Shown piece by piece: positions 18,631-28,404 of a stretch of DNA of 64,000 nt. Every line of letters starts with the position of its first letter. Position 1 is the stretch's first letter. The DNA comes from Candidatus Micrarchaeota archaeon (GTDB lineage: Archaea > Micrarchaeota > Micrarchaeia > Norongarragalinales > Norongarragalinaceae). Location of the stretch: assembly GCA_016207165.1 (NCBI GenBank), contig JACQQD010000001.1, positions 96,001 to 160,000 of the forward strand. The letters are read 5' to 3'. Under the pieces are notes generated by a model, which was not told the DNA's origin, did not search any database, and was given only the letters and a program-made list of their open reading frames with translations. The translations under genes and the position numbers were made by a program.

Positions 18631-19752
18631 TCAGGGTATAAACGCTTTTTCCTGGCAGGCCAGATAGATGCCTAGCGGCAGGGGGACTTCAGAGAAGCGC
18701 GCGCGCGGCAGGGTCCAGATTTCGTCCAAGAATTCGAATTTGAGGTCTTGGCGGGCAATCACGGTGGTTTGTTGTCTGGAGTCGAAGGCGAGCACGTCCC
18801 GGATGCGGAATGTTTCGGGGTCTTCCAGGGGCTTTGTGATGAACCCGGTGGAACCGTGGATGGAGCCGGGGACGCGGATGAGGCGGGACAAGTCGTAGGT
18901 GACGGCTTTGTCGGTTTGCACGACTTGGACGTCGGCGATGAGTGATTCGGTGTTGGGTTGTTTGTCTTTTCCCAACAGTGCGCCCCAATGACCGCTGTTG
19001 ATTTGTGAAAGCGCGGGCGCGGGGTCGTCTTGGATGGCGGAAACGGTTTTGCGGGAGAAACCGTAGCGCTTCAACGCGGAGACGTCTTTTTCTTGGATGG
19101 CGCGTCGGACGCGTTGATAGATTTTGGCCGTCCACCCCGTGCTTTGGGAAGAGGGGCCTTGGAGGGTTTCAACGGGTTTGACGTGGTGTTCCAAGTCGTA
19201 AGCGGTTTTCCGAAATAAGGTGGAGGCGTCCAGGCCTTCGGCGGCCACGTATTCGGCGAGTTGGCGTCGGGCGTCTTTGGACAAGTCCATGACGTCGGGG
19301 GACTGGACGTGGACGTGGAATCCTTTTTGCCCGGAGAAAACGAGTTTGGGTTGCTGGAACCCGAAGTCCTCTTCAAGCATTTTCTTGAGCTGGAGGGCTT
19401 GTTGGTGGATGTCCTCCAGGCACGTCCTGCATAGTACGGGTTCGTGGTCGTGTTCTTGTTTGGGGGAATCCAGGTCGAAGACCAAGTCGGCGCCTTGGAA
19501 GCCTTTTTCGCCCATGGGCTGTTTTTCGGGGAATTGGTAGTATGCCAGGGAGTACGACATGTAAAGCGGGGCTTCCTGGCGGACGAATTGCTCGTACTCC
19601 CATGAAGAGATGAAGCCGCGGTGGCGGTAATCGATTTTGCTTTGCCAGCCGAAGCCGAATTCGCGTTGGCTGACGGCCGGAGGAACCGGGACTTTTTTTT
19701 GGTAGAATCCTTGGACGTGGTGTTGGACGAAGCGGCGCTCTTTTTCGTTCAT
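18631..19752 (-). CDS. priS: DNA primase catalytic subunit
   Basis: QREFGF, DLVFDLD, FSGQKGFHVH and RLIRVPGSIHG; ATG at 19752. Confidence 0.95.
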   Translation of the reverse strand: MNEKERRFVQHHVQGFYQKKVPVPPAVSQREFGFGWQSKIDYRHRGFISSWEYEQFVRQEAPLYMSYSLAYYQFPEKQPMGEKGFQGADLVFDLDSPKQEHDHEPVLCRTCLEDIHQQALQLKKMLEEDFGFQQPKLVFSGQKGFHVHVQSPDVMDLSKDARRQLAEYVAAEGLDASTLFRKTAYDLEHHVKPVETLQGPSSQSTGWTAKIYQRVRRAIQEKDVSALKRYGFSRKTVSAIQDDPAPALSQINSGHWGALLGKDKQPNTESLIADVQVVQTDKAVTYDLSRLIRVPGSIHGSTGFITKPLEDPETFRIRDVLAFDSRQQTTVIARQDLKFEFLDEIWTLPRARFSEVPLPLGIYLACQEKAFIP

Positions 19753-20492
19753 AGCGCTTCGGAGGCCTCGCAGGCGTCGGCGTACACGTGAAACGCGCCG
19801 GCGCGTTCGAGTTGTTTTTTCGTGGCGGCGCCGCTGAGAACGCCGATGGGCACCGCCTGAGCGTTTTGGGCGGCGATCATGTCGGATTGCGCGTCGCCGA
19901 CGTAGTACGCGTCCGTGGGGTTGACGTCCAGTTGTTTGGCGCAGGCCCAAATCCCGTCGGGGTGCGGTTTTTTTCTGGGCACGTCTTGTTCAGCCAGAAT
20001 GGCGCCGAAAAACCCGTCCAATCCGTGGAACGAAAGCCACGCGCGGTTGAACGCCGTGCCGCCGTTGGAGAACGCGCCGACTTTGTATTTTTTGGTGAAG
20101 TTTTCAAGGGCTTGCCTGGATTTCGGAAGCGGGTGGATGGAGGCGAGGTGGTCGGCGTCGGTTCGGCGGAAGTCGGCTTTGGCGTCCTGCGCGATTCCGT
20201 GTTTGTCGGGGAGGGGGTGTTTTTTCACGGCGTCCGCGATTTTTTCGGGGTTTTCGATGGCGTCTTGCACGTCCACGTTTTCGTCTTGCAATGCGCAAAT
20301 GGCTTCGATGGCGTTTTCCACGAGGTTGTATTCGGTTAATCCCCGTAACCGGTAGGCGTGGTCGGCGGAAGCGGTAACCGCGATGCCTTTCGCGGAAAGC
20401 GCGCGGCGGCAACTGTCCCAGATGGCTTGCCGGTTGTCGCGGAGCACTCCTGAAACGTCCAGGATGACGGCCTTCACGTTTTCTTCCTCCAA
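19749..20492 (-). CDS. HAD-superfamily hydrolase
   Basis: LDVSGVL, KKPHPD and VGDAQSD. Confidence 0.85.
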   Translation of the reverse strand: MEEENVKAVILDVSGVLRDNRQAIWDSCRRALSAKGIAVTASADHAYRLRGLTEYNLVENAIEAICALQDENVDVQDAIENPEKIADAVKKHPLPDKHGIAQDAKADFRRTDADHLASIHPLPKSRQALENFTKKYKVGAFSNGGTAFNRAWLSFHGLDGFFGAILAEQDVPRKKPHPDGIWACAKQLDVNPTDAYYVGDAQSDMIAAQNAQAVPIGVLSGAATKKQLERAGAFHVYADACEASEAL

Positions 20493-21307
20493 TTCAGGGG
20501 ACAGGCGGGGCAGTACGTGCCTTCGAATCCGTTGTCCATCATGACTTTGCAGGAAAACCCGATGTCGCGATCATACACCCAGTTCAGCGTGCTTTCCCCT
20601 TCGCTTGGCGTGAAGGGTTTGGTGCCGGAACACCGCGAAACGTAGTCTTGCATGAGTTTTTGTGCGGCGTCTTTGGGCACGCCGTCGCGGCGCGCGGCAA
20701 TGCTTAACCCCATGGCGCCGTAGAATCGCTTGCCTTCCGGCGAACCGGTTAGAATGGATTGGATGCAGCCGAGGTCCAAAAACTTTTTGCCGTAGCTTTT
20801 CTTTTTGGGTTGGTCGTCCAATGCGCTGGCTTTGCGTTGGATGGCGTCCGGCACGTCTTGGGCGGCGGAGTCGGTGAATTTTTCGGCGATGGCTTTGCTC
20901 AAAAGGGCGTTGAGTTCCTGGTTGTTGATGGCCACCCGCCCGTCGCGCGCGGTTTGGTGCACGAGGTTCTCGCCGAACCTCAGGTAGTCGGAAAGCGTCA
21001 GCGAATAGCGTTCGCCTTCCGCGTGCAGGCTTTCCAGGAAGGCGCGTCCGACGGAGAGCTGTTCGTTCTTGCGGTTGATGCGTTGGACGTACTCTTCGGC
21101 TTTTTTCTTGGCGTACTTTTTTTTGACGTAGTCGCTCAAGCAACTCAAGAGTGCCTTGGAGAGGGCGTACAATTTGACGTGGCGGCCGGTGTTCTCGTAG
21201 GTGGATTCCGTGACGGGTTGTTTGAGGAACAAAATCGCGGCGTCGATGTCCGCGTCGTTCAGGCCGGGCTCCAGTTGCGCTTTGGCGTCGGGAAGAAACG
21301 GGTACAT
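20474..21307 (-). CDS. priL: DNA primase large subunit
   Basis: YPFL start; C-terminal Cys residues (GCI...FSC...CPACP); same operon as priS. Confidence 0.75.
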   Translation of the reverse strand: MYPFLPDAKAQLEPGLNDADIDAAILFLKQPVTESTYENTGRHVKLYALSKALLSCLSDYVKKKYAKKKAEEYVQRINRKNEQLSVGRAFLESLHAEGERYSLTLSDYLRFGENLVHQTARDGRVAINNQELNALLSKAIAEKFTDSAAQDVPDAIQRKASALDDQPKKKSYGKKFLDLGCIQSILTGSPEGKRFYGAMGLSIAARRDGVPKDAAQKLMQDYVSRCSGTKPFTPSEGESTLNWVYDRDIGFSCKVMMDNGFEGTYCPACPLNWRKKT

Positions 21308-21330
21308 GATGCATGGGCCCTGTGGCGGCC

Positions 21331-21346
21331 AAACTATAAATGGTCT
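21331..21346. promoter_or_regulatory. NrdR-box-like site overlapping the TATA box of the priL operon
   Basis: AAACTATAAATGGTCT compared with consensus acaCwAtATaTwGtgt; the reverse strand contains TTTATA. Confidence 0.4.
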
Positions 21347-21409
21347 TGCGGCGCCGCGGCTTGAATCAAAGCCCGGTGTTTAAATCCGGTTTTTCCTACA
21401 ATCCATGGT

Positions 21410-21862
21410 ATGAAGTGCCCGTACTGCGACCACGAGCAGACCAAGGTGTTGGATTCGCGGGACGCCGAGGACGTGGAAGTCACGCGCCGGCGGCGCGAGT
21501 GCGAGAAATGCCAGAAGCGGTTCACCACGTACGAACGCGTGGAACTCTTGGACTTGCACGTCATCAAGAAAGATGGGCGGAAGGAAAAGTTTTCCCACGA
21601 CAAACTCCTCCACGGCTTGCAAAAAGCGTGCGTCAAGCTGCCGGTTACGCACGAGCAACTCGCGGATTTGGTGGACAAAGTCGAGCGGGACTTGCGGCGG
21701 AGGGCCTCCAGCGAAATTCCTTCGGCCAAAGTCGGCGAGTTGGTGCTCAAGCGGCTGAAGAAACTCAACGAAATCGCGTACATCCGTTTTGCTTCGGTGT
21801 ACCGGAACTTTTCCGACTTGGATTCGTTCGTCGCGGAAGTCAAGAAACTGCAGAGCGAGTAG
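21410..21862 (+). CDS. nrdR: Transcriptional repressor NrdR
   Basis: MKCPYC...VLDSR...RRRRECEKCQKRFTTYE, ATP cone and AYIRFASVY. Confidence 0.97.
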   Translation: MKCPYCDHEQTKVLDSRDAEDVEVTRRRRECEKCQKRFTTYERVELLDLHVIKKDGRKEKFSHDKLLHGLQKACVKLPVTHEQLADLVDKVERDLRRRASSEIPSAKVGELVLKRLKKLNEIAYIRFASVYRNFSDLDSFVAEVKKLQSE

Positions 21863-21864
21863 GC

Positions 21865-23226
21865 ATGCAACGATTTGGCCAAGTGTACCGGCAGGCTGGC
21901 AACATGCTTTTGTTTACGTGCAGTCCTTGGATTGTGGCGTTTGGACGGCCTACTTTCGAGGTGTACGGCAAGGCGGTTTCGCCGTTCGCATATTACTACC
22001 AGGGAACGCGGTTCGTCAACGTGTACGAGAAAAGCCGTTTGGACGAGGTGGCGTACGCCGCTTTAGAAAAGCTGGGTACGCCCCAACGGTTTGAATCGGT
22101 GTACCGCAAATGGTTGGAAATCGCCCGTCGCCTGGATGAACAGTCCTGGTCGATTTACCAAGGCAACTTGGCTTCTTTTGAGTCCATGTGGCGGGAACTT
22201 GTTTCATACTGGGGTCATTCCGTTTTCATCGACTGTTTTGACGCGGGCGTGGACTTTTTGGAAATGAGCCGCATTGCGTCGGAGCATGATTTGTCGCGGG
22301 AAGACATCCAATTGTTGACGACGCCCACGGAGTTGTCGTACTTGCAGGATTATGAACGCGAACTTTCCAACGCCGCGATTTCCGGGAACTTTTCCGAGTT
22401 TTTGCGGACATTTTACTGGTATCCGACCAACTACGTGGATTTCGGCTGCATTTCGGAAGAAAAAGCCAATGCCCTGGCCTCCGCGGCAAAACGGGAAGCT
22501 CAAAAAACGCTGAGGCTTCTTTCCGCCCAAGTCGTTTCGCTTGAAGACCGGCAGAGCGCCTTGTTGGACGACAAAGGCCTTTCGGAGAACCCGTTGTGGC
22601 TGTACCAAAAGTTGGTGGCGTGGCGGGACTTGCGCAAGCGCCTGAATTTTACGGCTTTGTTTGGCTTTGACGTTCTATGTCGGCAATGGCTGAAGGAACA
22701 GGGCATCGATCCGGAGCTTTTCGGAGCGGTTTGGCCTTTTGAGGTCTTGGAAGGCCGCGTCTTGGAGAAGACGCTCAAGGCGCGTCGGGTTCATGGCGTA
22801 CTGGTTTGGGCGGATGTGGATTCGTTTGATTTTCTGGTGGGGCCGGCAGGCGCCAAAAAATTGGCGGAATTGGATGTCGGCCCGAAATCCGAAAAGCTGG
22901 AACTAAGAGGCCAGCCGGCGTGTCTGGGTCGCGTGATCGCGTCGGTGCGGATCGTGAACGACCCGTCGGAAGACTTTCATGCGGGCGAGATCTTGGTGAC
23001 GGCCATGACGCGCCCTGAATTCGTGCCGTTGATGAAGAAAGCGGTAGGCATCATCACGGACGAGGGCGGCATCACCTCGCATGCGGCCGTGGTGTCCCGC
23101 GAGTTGAACAAGCCATGCATCGTCGGAACGCAGGTTGCCACGCGCAAGCTCAGAACCGGTGACGTGGTGGAACTGGACGCGTTTCACGGATTGGTCAGGA
23201 GCGCGCAACTGATTCGTTCGCCCTGA
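21865..23226 (+). CDS. PEP-utilising enzyme mobile (phosphohistidine swivel) domain protein
   Basis: ILVTAMTRP and TDEGGITSHAAVVSREL at the C-terminus; ATG at 21865. Confidence 0.85.
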   Translation: MQRFGQVYRQAGNMLLFTCSPWIVAFGRPTFEVYGKAVSPFAYYYQGTRFVNVYEKSRLDEVAYAALEKLGTPQRFESVYRKWLEIARRLDEQSWSIYQGNLASFESMWRELVSYWGHSVFIDCFDAGVDFLEMSRIASEHDLSREDIQLLTTPTELSYLQDYERELSNAAISGNFSEFLRTFYWYPTNYVDFGCISEEKANALASAAKREAQKTLRLLSAQVVSLEDRQSALLDDKGLSENPLWLYQKLVAWRDLRKRLNFTALFGFDVLCRQWLKEQGIDPELFGAVWPFEVLEGRVLEKTLKARRVHGVLVWADVDSFDFLVGPAGAKKLAELDVGPKSEKLELRGQPACLGRVIASVRIVNDPSEDFHAGEILVTAMTRPEFVPLMKKAVGIITDEGGITSHAAVVSRELNKPCIVGTQVATRKLRTGDVVELDAFHGLVRSAQLIRSP

Positions 23227-23309
23227 CGCGGTTTCCGCCTCTTTTTTCCCGGGGTCTGTCTTTTGCCGTTTCCGCGCGTTTTTATTTGCGGGCGCCGTGA
23301 TGAAGGGTC

Positions 23310-25217
23310 ATGAGCCTGGACGTCAGCCAATTGCCCGTCATTGCGTTGGGCGTCATTACGTTAGTCGCTCTTCTGGTCGGCGTCTTGTTCACGCGCCTGG
23401 GCTTGTCATCGTCGTTGGGCTACATTTTCTCCGGCATTTTTTTGGGGCCCATGGCCTTGGGCTTCATGGTGCCGGGCGAGCCCATCACGCTTTTGTTTGG
23501 CGAGATCGGCGTTTTGATGCTCTTGTTTTACTTGGGCTTGGAGTTGAGCATCGAGAAATTCAAGAAGAACGGCGTGGTGGCGCTGATTTTGGCGTCCGTG
23601 GAAATGGCGACGGCGTTTGTGGCGGGCTTTGCGGTCGCCAAGTTCTTCGGTTTCGGGGATGTGGAGGCCATCGTGGTCGGTTCGCTTTTGCCGGCCACGT
23701 CCACCGTGATCGCGCTGAAATTCATGCTGGAGAAAAAGATTTTGGACCGCTTCGAATCGCAGATTGCCGTGAGCGCCTTGATCATTGAGGACTTCTTCGC
23801 GATTTTGGTCCTGGTTCTTCTGACCAGTTTTTCGGCGGCCACGTCGTTTAACTTCCTGGTTTTAAACGGCTTGTTTTTCGTGGTGGCCATGTTCGTCGTG
23901 GTGCGGCGCTTCTCCCCGTTGGCGTTATCCTACTTGGCCCAAATCGGCCACGAGGACAAGATGGCGTTGTATGCCGTGGGCGTGGGCATCGTGGTGGGCT
24001 ACTTCGGGCAGCTTTTGGGCCTCTCGCCGGCGTTGGGCGCGTATTTTGCCGGGTTTGCGCTGGCGGAGTCCAAGTACGGCGTGCGCATCAAGCGGGAACT
24101 GGGCCTGTTTCGCGAATTTTTCATCCTGTTTTTCTTCGTCTCGTTTGGCGCCACCGTGATCTTTCCGGCGTCCATCACCCTCTACGCGCTTTTGGCGTGC
24201 TTGTTGGTCGCCTACTTGGTGGCCAAGATTCTCGCGTACGGCGTTTTCGGGTCCGCCATTGGGTTGAACACGAAGTCGGCGATCACCACGGGCATGCTCA
24301 TGCTTTCCATCGGCGAGTTCTCCATCATCATTGCCGCCGCCGCGGCCCCCCTGGTGTCCAATCCCGCGGACATCACGGCGTTGGCGTTTCTGTTGACGAT
24401 CACCACTGGCTTTTTGGCGCCGGTGTGCTTTGCGCGCAGCGACCGGATCGCGGACGCGTTTCTCCGCGTCTACCCCAAACGCATCCGGAATGCGTTGTCG
24501 GTGGTGGGCCAGGAAATGCATGCCGTGGAGGCGTTCTCCAAGGCGTTTGAAAAGCCGTTCTGGCGATCGGTGCAGAACCTGTTGGCGAATTTTGTTATCG
24601 CGTTGGCCGTGGTCTACGTGGCCGCGCTTCTCAATACGTACTTCATCTTTCCGGCGTTTCCCGATCTTCCTTCTTCCGCCACCCTGGCGGTGTTGGTGTT
24701 GCCCTTCATCGTGTGGCCGATTTACCGGTCGCTGCAGGAACTGAAATTCCTCGTCGAAACCTTGGTGCGGCACCTGGTTCACCCCGTTTTGGTGGAGCGC
24801 GCATCGGAGTTGTTTGTCGGAACGTTTTTGGCGCTCTCCAGCCTCTTCGTAGCCGCGTGGCTGTACTTCCAGAAGACGCCGCCGCTGTTCATCCTGCTTC
24901 CCGGCGTCTACTTCGTTCTGGCTTTGGTGTTTCTTTCGCGGGCCGTGTGGTCGTTTTTCGACCGGTTGGAATCCGTGGCTTCTTTGGCCGGCGGCGCGGA
25001 CGCGTCCACCCGGCGTTTGGCCAACGCGTTTGACGCGGAAGGCTTGGCCTTGGACCGGTTGAATGACCTGCGGGTCGTGTCCAAGGACAAGATATCCAGC
25101 GCGCTTCGGTCCGGCAAGCCTGGCTTGGCCCGCAAGCGGTTGTCGGATTTCCAAAAAGACCGGTCCCGGTTGCTCCGACCCGCTTCTTTCCGCCGGAGCC
25201 GAAAGCCCCGCCGCTGA
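23310..25217 (+). CDS. Cation:proton antiporter (CPA2/Kef family)
   Basis: Many TM segments; LFYLGLE, LIIED, LGAYFAG and IGEFS. Confidence 0.88.
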   Translation: MSLDVSQLPVIALGVITLVALLVGVLFTRLGLSSSLGYIFSGIFLGPMALGFMVPGEPITLLFGEIGVLMLLFYLGLELSIEKFKKNGVVALILASVEMATAFVAGFAVAKFFGFGDVEAIVVGSLLPATSTVIALKFMLEKKILDRFESQIAVSALIIEDFFAILVLVLLTSFSAATSFNFLVLNGLFFVVAMFVVVRRFSPLALSYLAQIGHEDKMALYAVGVGIVVGYFGQLLGLSPALGAYFAGFALAESKYGVRIKRELGLFREFFILFFFVSFGATVIFPASITLYALLACLLVAYLVAKILAYGVFGSAIGLNTKSAITTGMLMLSIGEFSIIIAAAAAPLVSNPADITALAFLLTITTGFLAPVCFARSDRIADAFLRVYPKRIRNALSVVGQEMHAVEAFSKAFEKPFWRSVQNLLANFVIALAVVYVAALLNTYFIFPAFPDLPSSATLAVLVLPFIVWPIYRSLQELKFLVETLVRHLVHPVLVERASELFVGTFLALSSLFVAAWLYFQKTPPLFILLPGVYFVLALVFLSRAVWSFFDRLESVASLAGGADASTRRLANAFDAEGLALDRLNDLRVVSKDKISSALRSGKPGLARKRLSDFQKDRSRLLRPASFRRSRKPRR

Positions 25218-25274
25218 CCCCCGCGTTTCCAACCCGCTTCCGGATGCCTGGCGAGTTCGTCGTTAGACGTAAAA

Positions 25275-25335
25275 ACACTATGGGTGGTGGTTGACTGTTG
25301 TTTTTGATACCATATCTGGGCAATACTTATTTATA
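25275..25335 (+). promoter_or_regulatory. Tandem NrdR boxes (25275-25290, 25307-25322) followed by a TATA box (25330-25335)
   Basis: ACACTATGGGTGGTGG and ATACCATATCTGGGCA, 32 bp apart start to start, then TTTATA, upstream of nrdA. Confidence 0.65.
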
Positions 25336-25423
25336 GGGGTCAACCGAAATGAACCGGGGCAGTCCGTTTGGGTAGCGGGTGGCCATGCCCTTTCGGGATC
25401 GTTTTCCAGGTGGTGTTTTTTTG

Positions 25424-28279
25424 ATGGAGGCTTCCAAACTTCTCATTTCCAAGCGCAACGGCGACGTAGTCGCCTTCGATTCGGCGCGCATCGAGAACGC
25501 GATTACCAAGGCCGTCATTGCCAGCTCCAGTGACGTGCCCGCGGCGCAGGTTCAAGAGCTCACGCGCGAGATTGTGGGGGAGGTCCGGGAGCGCTTCGTC
25601 GACTTTTTCCCGAACGTGGAAAACATCCAGGACATCGTGGAGAAGCACCTCGTCAAATCCGGCCTTTACGAGGTCGCCAAGTCGTACATTTTGTACCGGG
25701 CCAAGCGCCAGAAAGAGCGTGAGGAAGAACGAAGGAAAAACATCGAAAAGACGTTGTTGGGCAAGCTGACCGTCCAGAAGCGGGACGGGCGGCTGGTATT
25801 GTTTGATTTCCGCAAGTTCAAGGAGGCCGTGGCGCGTCACGCGCGGGATCTGGAGGGCGTGGACGTGGACAAGGTCTGCCACGAGGCCATCAAGAACATT
25901 TACGATGGCGTGCCCACCCAGGAAATCGAGCGGGCCTTGGTGTTGGCGTGCATTTCGTTCATCGAGAAGGACCCGGCCTACGATTACCTGTCCGCGCGCG
26001 TGTTTTTGCAGAAGCTTTACAAGGAAGTCATTGGCCTGTCGGTCACCGAAGGCGTGCTGGAGGCCGGTTACCGCGACGCGTTCGTCCGCGGGATCCGGGA
26101 CGGCGTGTCCCGGGGCCTGTTTGACCCCCGCATGGCGGAATTTGATTTGAAGAAGATGGCGCAGGGCCTTATCGTCGAGCGCGATGGCCTGTTCAAGTAC
26201 ATGGGCATCCAGACGCTGTACGACCGCTATTTTGCGAAGTGGGAAAACCAGCGGCGCGAGTTGCCTCAAGCGTTTTGGATGCGCGTGGCCATGGGTTTGG
26301 CGTTGGAAGAGGAAAACCGTGAGGAAAAGGCGTTGGGGTTCTACGAATTGCTGTCGTCCATGCGCTTCGTCTCGTCCACGCCGACGCTGTTTCACGCCGG
26401 TACCCTGCACCCCCAGCTTTCCTCGTGTTACTTGACGACGGTGGAGGATGATTTGACGCACATTTTCAAGTGCATCGGCGACAACGCCCAACTTTCAAAA
26501 TGGTCCGGGGGCTTGGGCAACGACTGGACGAACGTCCGCGCCACGGGCGCCTGGATCAAGTCCACGGGCGTGGAGAGCCAGGGCGTGGTGCCGTTTCTGA
26601 AGATCGCCAACGACGTGACGGTGGCGATCAACCGTTCCGGGAAACGCCGGGGGGCCACATGCGCGTATTTGGAGACGTGGCACTTGGACATCGAGGACTT
26701 CCTGGATTTGCGGAAGAACACCGGAGATGACCGCCGGCGCACGCACGACATGAATACGGCGAACTGGATTCCCGATCTTTTCATGCAACGCGTTTTAAGC
26801 GATGGGTCCTGGACGCTGTTCACGCCCAACGAGGTGCCGGAATTGCATCACGTGTTTGGCGACGCGTTCAAGAAGAAATACGAGGAATGCGAACTGAAAG
26901 CGCGCGAGGGAAAAATCCGTAAATTCAAGGTGGTCTCGGCGCAAAAGCTGTGGCGCCGCATGCTGTCGAGTTTGTTTGAGACGGGTCACCCGTGGGTCAC
27001 GTTCAAGGATCCCTGCAACATTCGTTCCCCTCAGGACCACGTGGGCGTCGTGCACTCGTCGAACCTCTGCACGGAAATCACGTTGAACACGTCCTCGGAG
27101 GAGACGGCCGTGTGCAACCTGGGTTCCGTCAACTTGGAGCGGCACGTGATTGACGGGCGACTGGACGAGGACCTTTTAGCGGAGACGGTCCACACGGCGA
27201 TTCGCATGCTGGACAACGTCATCGACATCAACTTTTATCCCACCACCGAGGCCAAAACGTCCAACGTGCGCCACCGGCCCATTGGTTTAGGCATCATGGG
27301 CTTTCAGGACGCCTTGTTCAAGTTGGACTTGGCGTTCGAGTCCAAGGGCGCCTTGGAGTTTTCCGGCCGCAGCATGGAGTTTGTTTCTTTCCATGCGATT
27401 TTGGCGTCGTCCCGTCTGGCCCAGGAACGGGGCCCGTATGAGTCCTACCGGGGTTCCAAGTGGGACCGAGGCCTCATGCCTTTGGACACGTTGGACCTCT
27501 TGGAAAAAGAGCGCGGCATGAGGGTGGACGTTTCGCGGCACGCTTCCATGGATTGGACGCCGGTGCGCGAGCACGTGAAGCGACACGGCATGCGCAACTC
27601 CAATACCATGGCCATTGCGCCAACGGCCACGATTTCCAACGTTTCGGGGTGTTTTCCGTCCATCGAACCGATTTACAAGAACTTGTACGTCAAGGCCAAC
27701 ATTTCCGGCGAGTTCACCGTCGTCAACGCGTACCTGGTGGAGGACCTCAAGAAACTCGGGCTTTGGGACCAGGAAATGCTGGACCAACTCAAGTACTACG
27801 ACGGCAGCGTACAAAGCCTTGCGCGCGTGCCGGACCCGCTCAAGGCCAAGTACAAGGAGGCCTTTGAAGTCGATCCGGAGTTCATGATCAAAATGGCGGC
27901 GGAACGCGGCAAGTGGATTGACCAAAGCCAGTCGCTCAACGTGTTTCTCAAGGGCACGTCCGGAAAGCAGTTGTCCGACGTGTACCTGGCGGCGTGGCGC
28001 ATGGGTTTGAAGACCACGTATTACTTGCGGACACTGGCCGCCTCGCAAATCGAGAAGTCGACTCTGGACGCGTCCAAGTTTGGCTTCACCCAGAAGCGCG
28101 AGTACGCGGAAGTGCCGGAACAACCAGACGCCAAGGCGTTCACTGTCCAAGCCGGGCCGGAGGCAGACCGTGCCGTGGTTCACGCCGTAACGCCGCCTCT
28201 GAAGTCCCTGATGCCGGCGTCGGATGCCGCACCCAAGACGTGTTCGATTCTGGACCCGGATTGCGAGGCCTGCCAGTAA
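25424..28279 (+). CDS. nrdA: Class I ribonucleotide reductase alpha subunit with two ATP cones
   Basis: STPTLFHAG, LSSCY, SSNLCTEI, KTTYYLR and C-terminal CEAC; two KRNG/KRDG cones. Confidence 0.96.
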   Translation: MEASKLLISKRNGDVVAFDSARIENAITKAVIASSSDVPAAQVQELTREIVGEVRERFVDFFPNVENIQDIVEKHLVKSGLYEVAKSYILYRAKRQKEREEERRKNIEKTLLGKLTVQKRDGRLVLFDFRKFKEAVARHARDLEGVDVDKVCHEAIKNIYDGVPTQEIERALVLACISFIEKDPAYDYLSARVFLQKLYKEVIGLSVTEGVLEAGYRDAFVRGIRDGVSRGLFDPRMAEFDLKKMAQGLIVERDGLFKYMGIQTLYDRYFAKWENQRRELPQAFWMRVAMGLALEEENREEKALGFYELLSSMRFVSSTPTLFHAGTLHPQLSSCYLTTVEDDLTHIFKCIGDNAQLSKWSGGLGNDWTNVRATGAWIKSTGVESQGVVPFLKIANDVTVAINRSGKRRGATCAYLETWHLDIEDFLDLRKNTGDDRRRTHDMNTANWIPDLFMQRVLSDGSWTLFTPNEVPELHHVFGDAFKKKYEECELKAREGKIRKFKVVSAQKLWRRMLSSLFETGHPWVTFKDPCNIRSPQDHVGVVHSSNLCTEITLNTSSEETAVCNLGSVNLERHVIDGRLDEDLLAETVHTAIRMLDNVIDINFYPTTEAKTSNVRHRPIGLGIMGFQDALFKLDLAFESKGALEFSGRSMEFVSFHAILASSRLAQERGPYESYRGSKWDRGLMPLDTLDLLEKERGMRVDVSRHASMDWTPVREHVKRHGMRNSNTMAIAPTATISNVSGCFPSIEPIYKNLYVKANISGEFTVVNAYLVEDLKKLGLWDQEMLDQLKYYDGSVQSLARVPDPLKAKYKEAFEVDPEFMIKMAAERGKWIDQSQSLNVFLKGTSGKQLSDVYLAAWRMGLKTTYYLRTLAASQIEKSTLDASKFGFTQKREYAEVPEQPDAKAFTVQAGPEADRAVVHAVTPPLKSLMPASDAAPKTCSILDPDCEACQ

Positions 28280-28404
28280 GGTGAATTGTCATGAGCATCA
28301 TCAACAATCCCAGGACCGCGGGAGGCTCCGCCTCCCCCAGTCCCATGGTCCCCCTGACCCCTCCGACTCAAGGTGAATTGACATGAGCATCATTAACAAT
28401 CCCA
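28278..28404 (+). repeat. 35-bp direct repeat (28278-28312, 28370-28404) of the nrdB RBS and start, flanking a 57-nt hairpin-containing spacer
   Basis: AAGGTGAATTG(T/A)CATGAGCATCAT(C/T)AACAATCCCA, 33 of 35 positions identical. Confidence 0.9.

Noticed and set aside
19753-19950. N-terminal extension of priS in the ORF track
   Set aside because: It overlaps the HAD gene; the ATG at 19752 is coupled to the HAD stop.
21340-21864. N-terminal extension of the 628-aa ORF
   Set aside because: It overlaps nrdR in another frame; the real start is probably 21865.
25424-28279. Intein or intron in nrdA
   Set aside because: Catalytic motifs are contiguous and no intein splice motifs were seen; the extra length comes from the second ATP cone.
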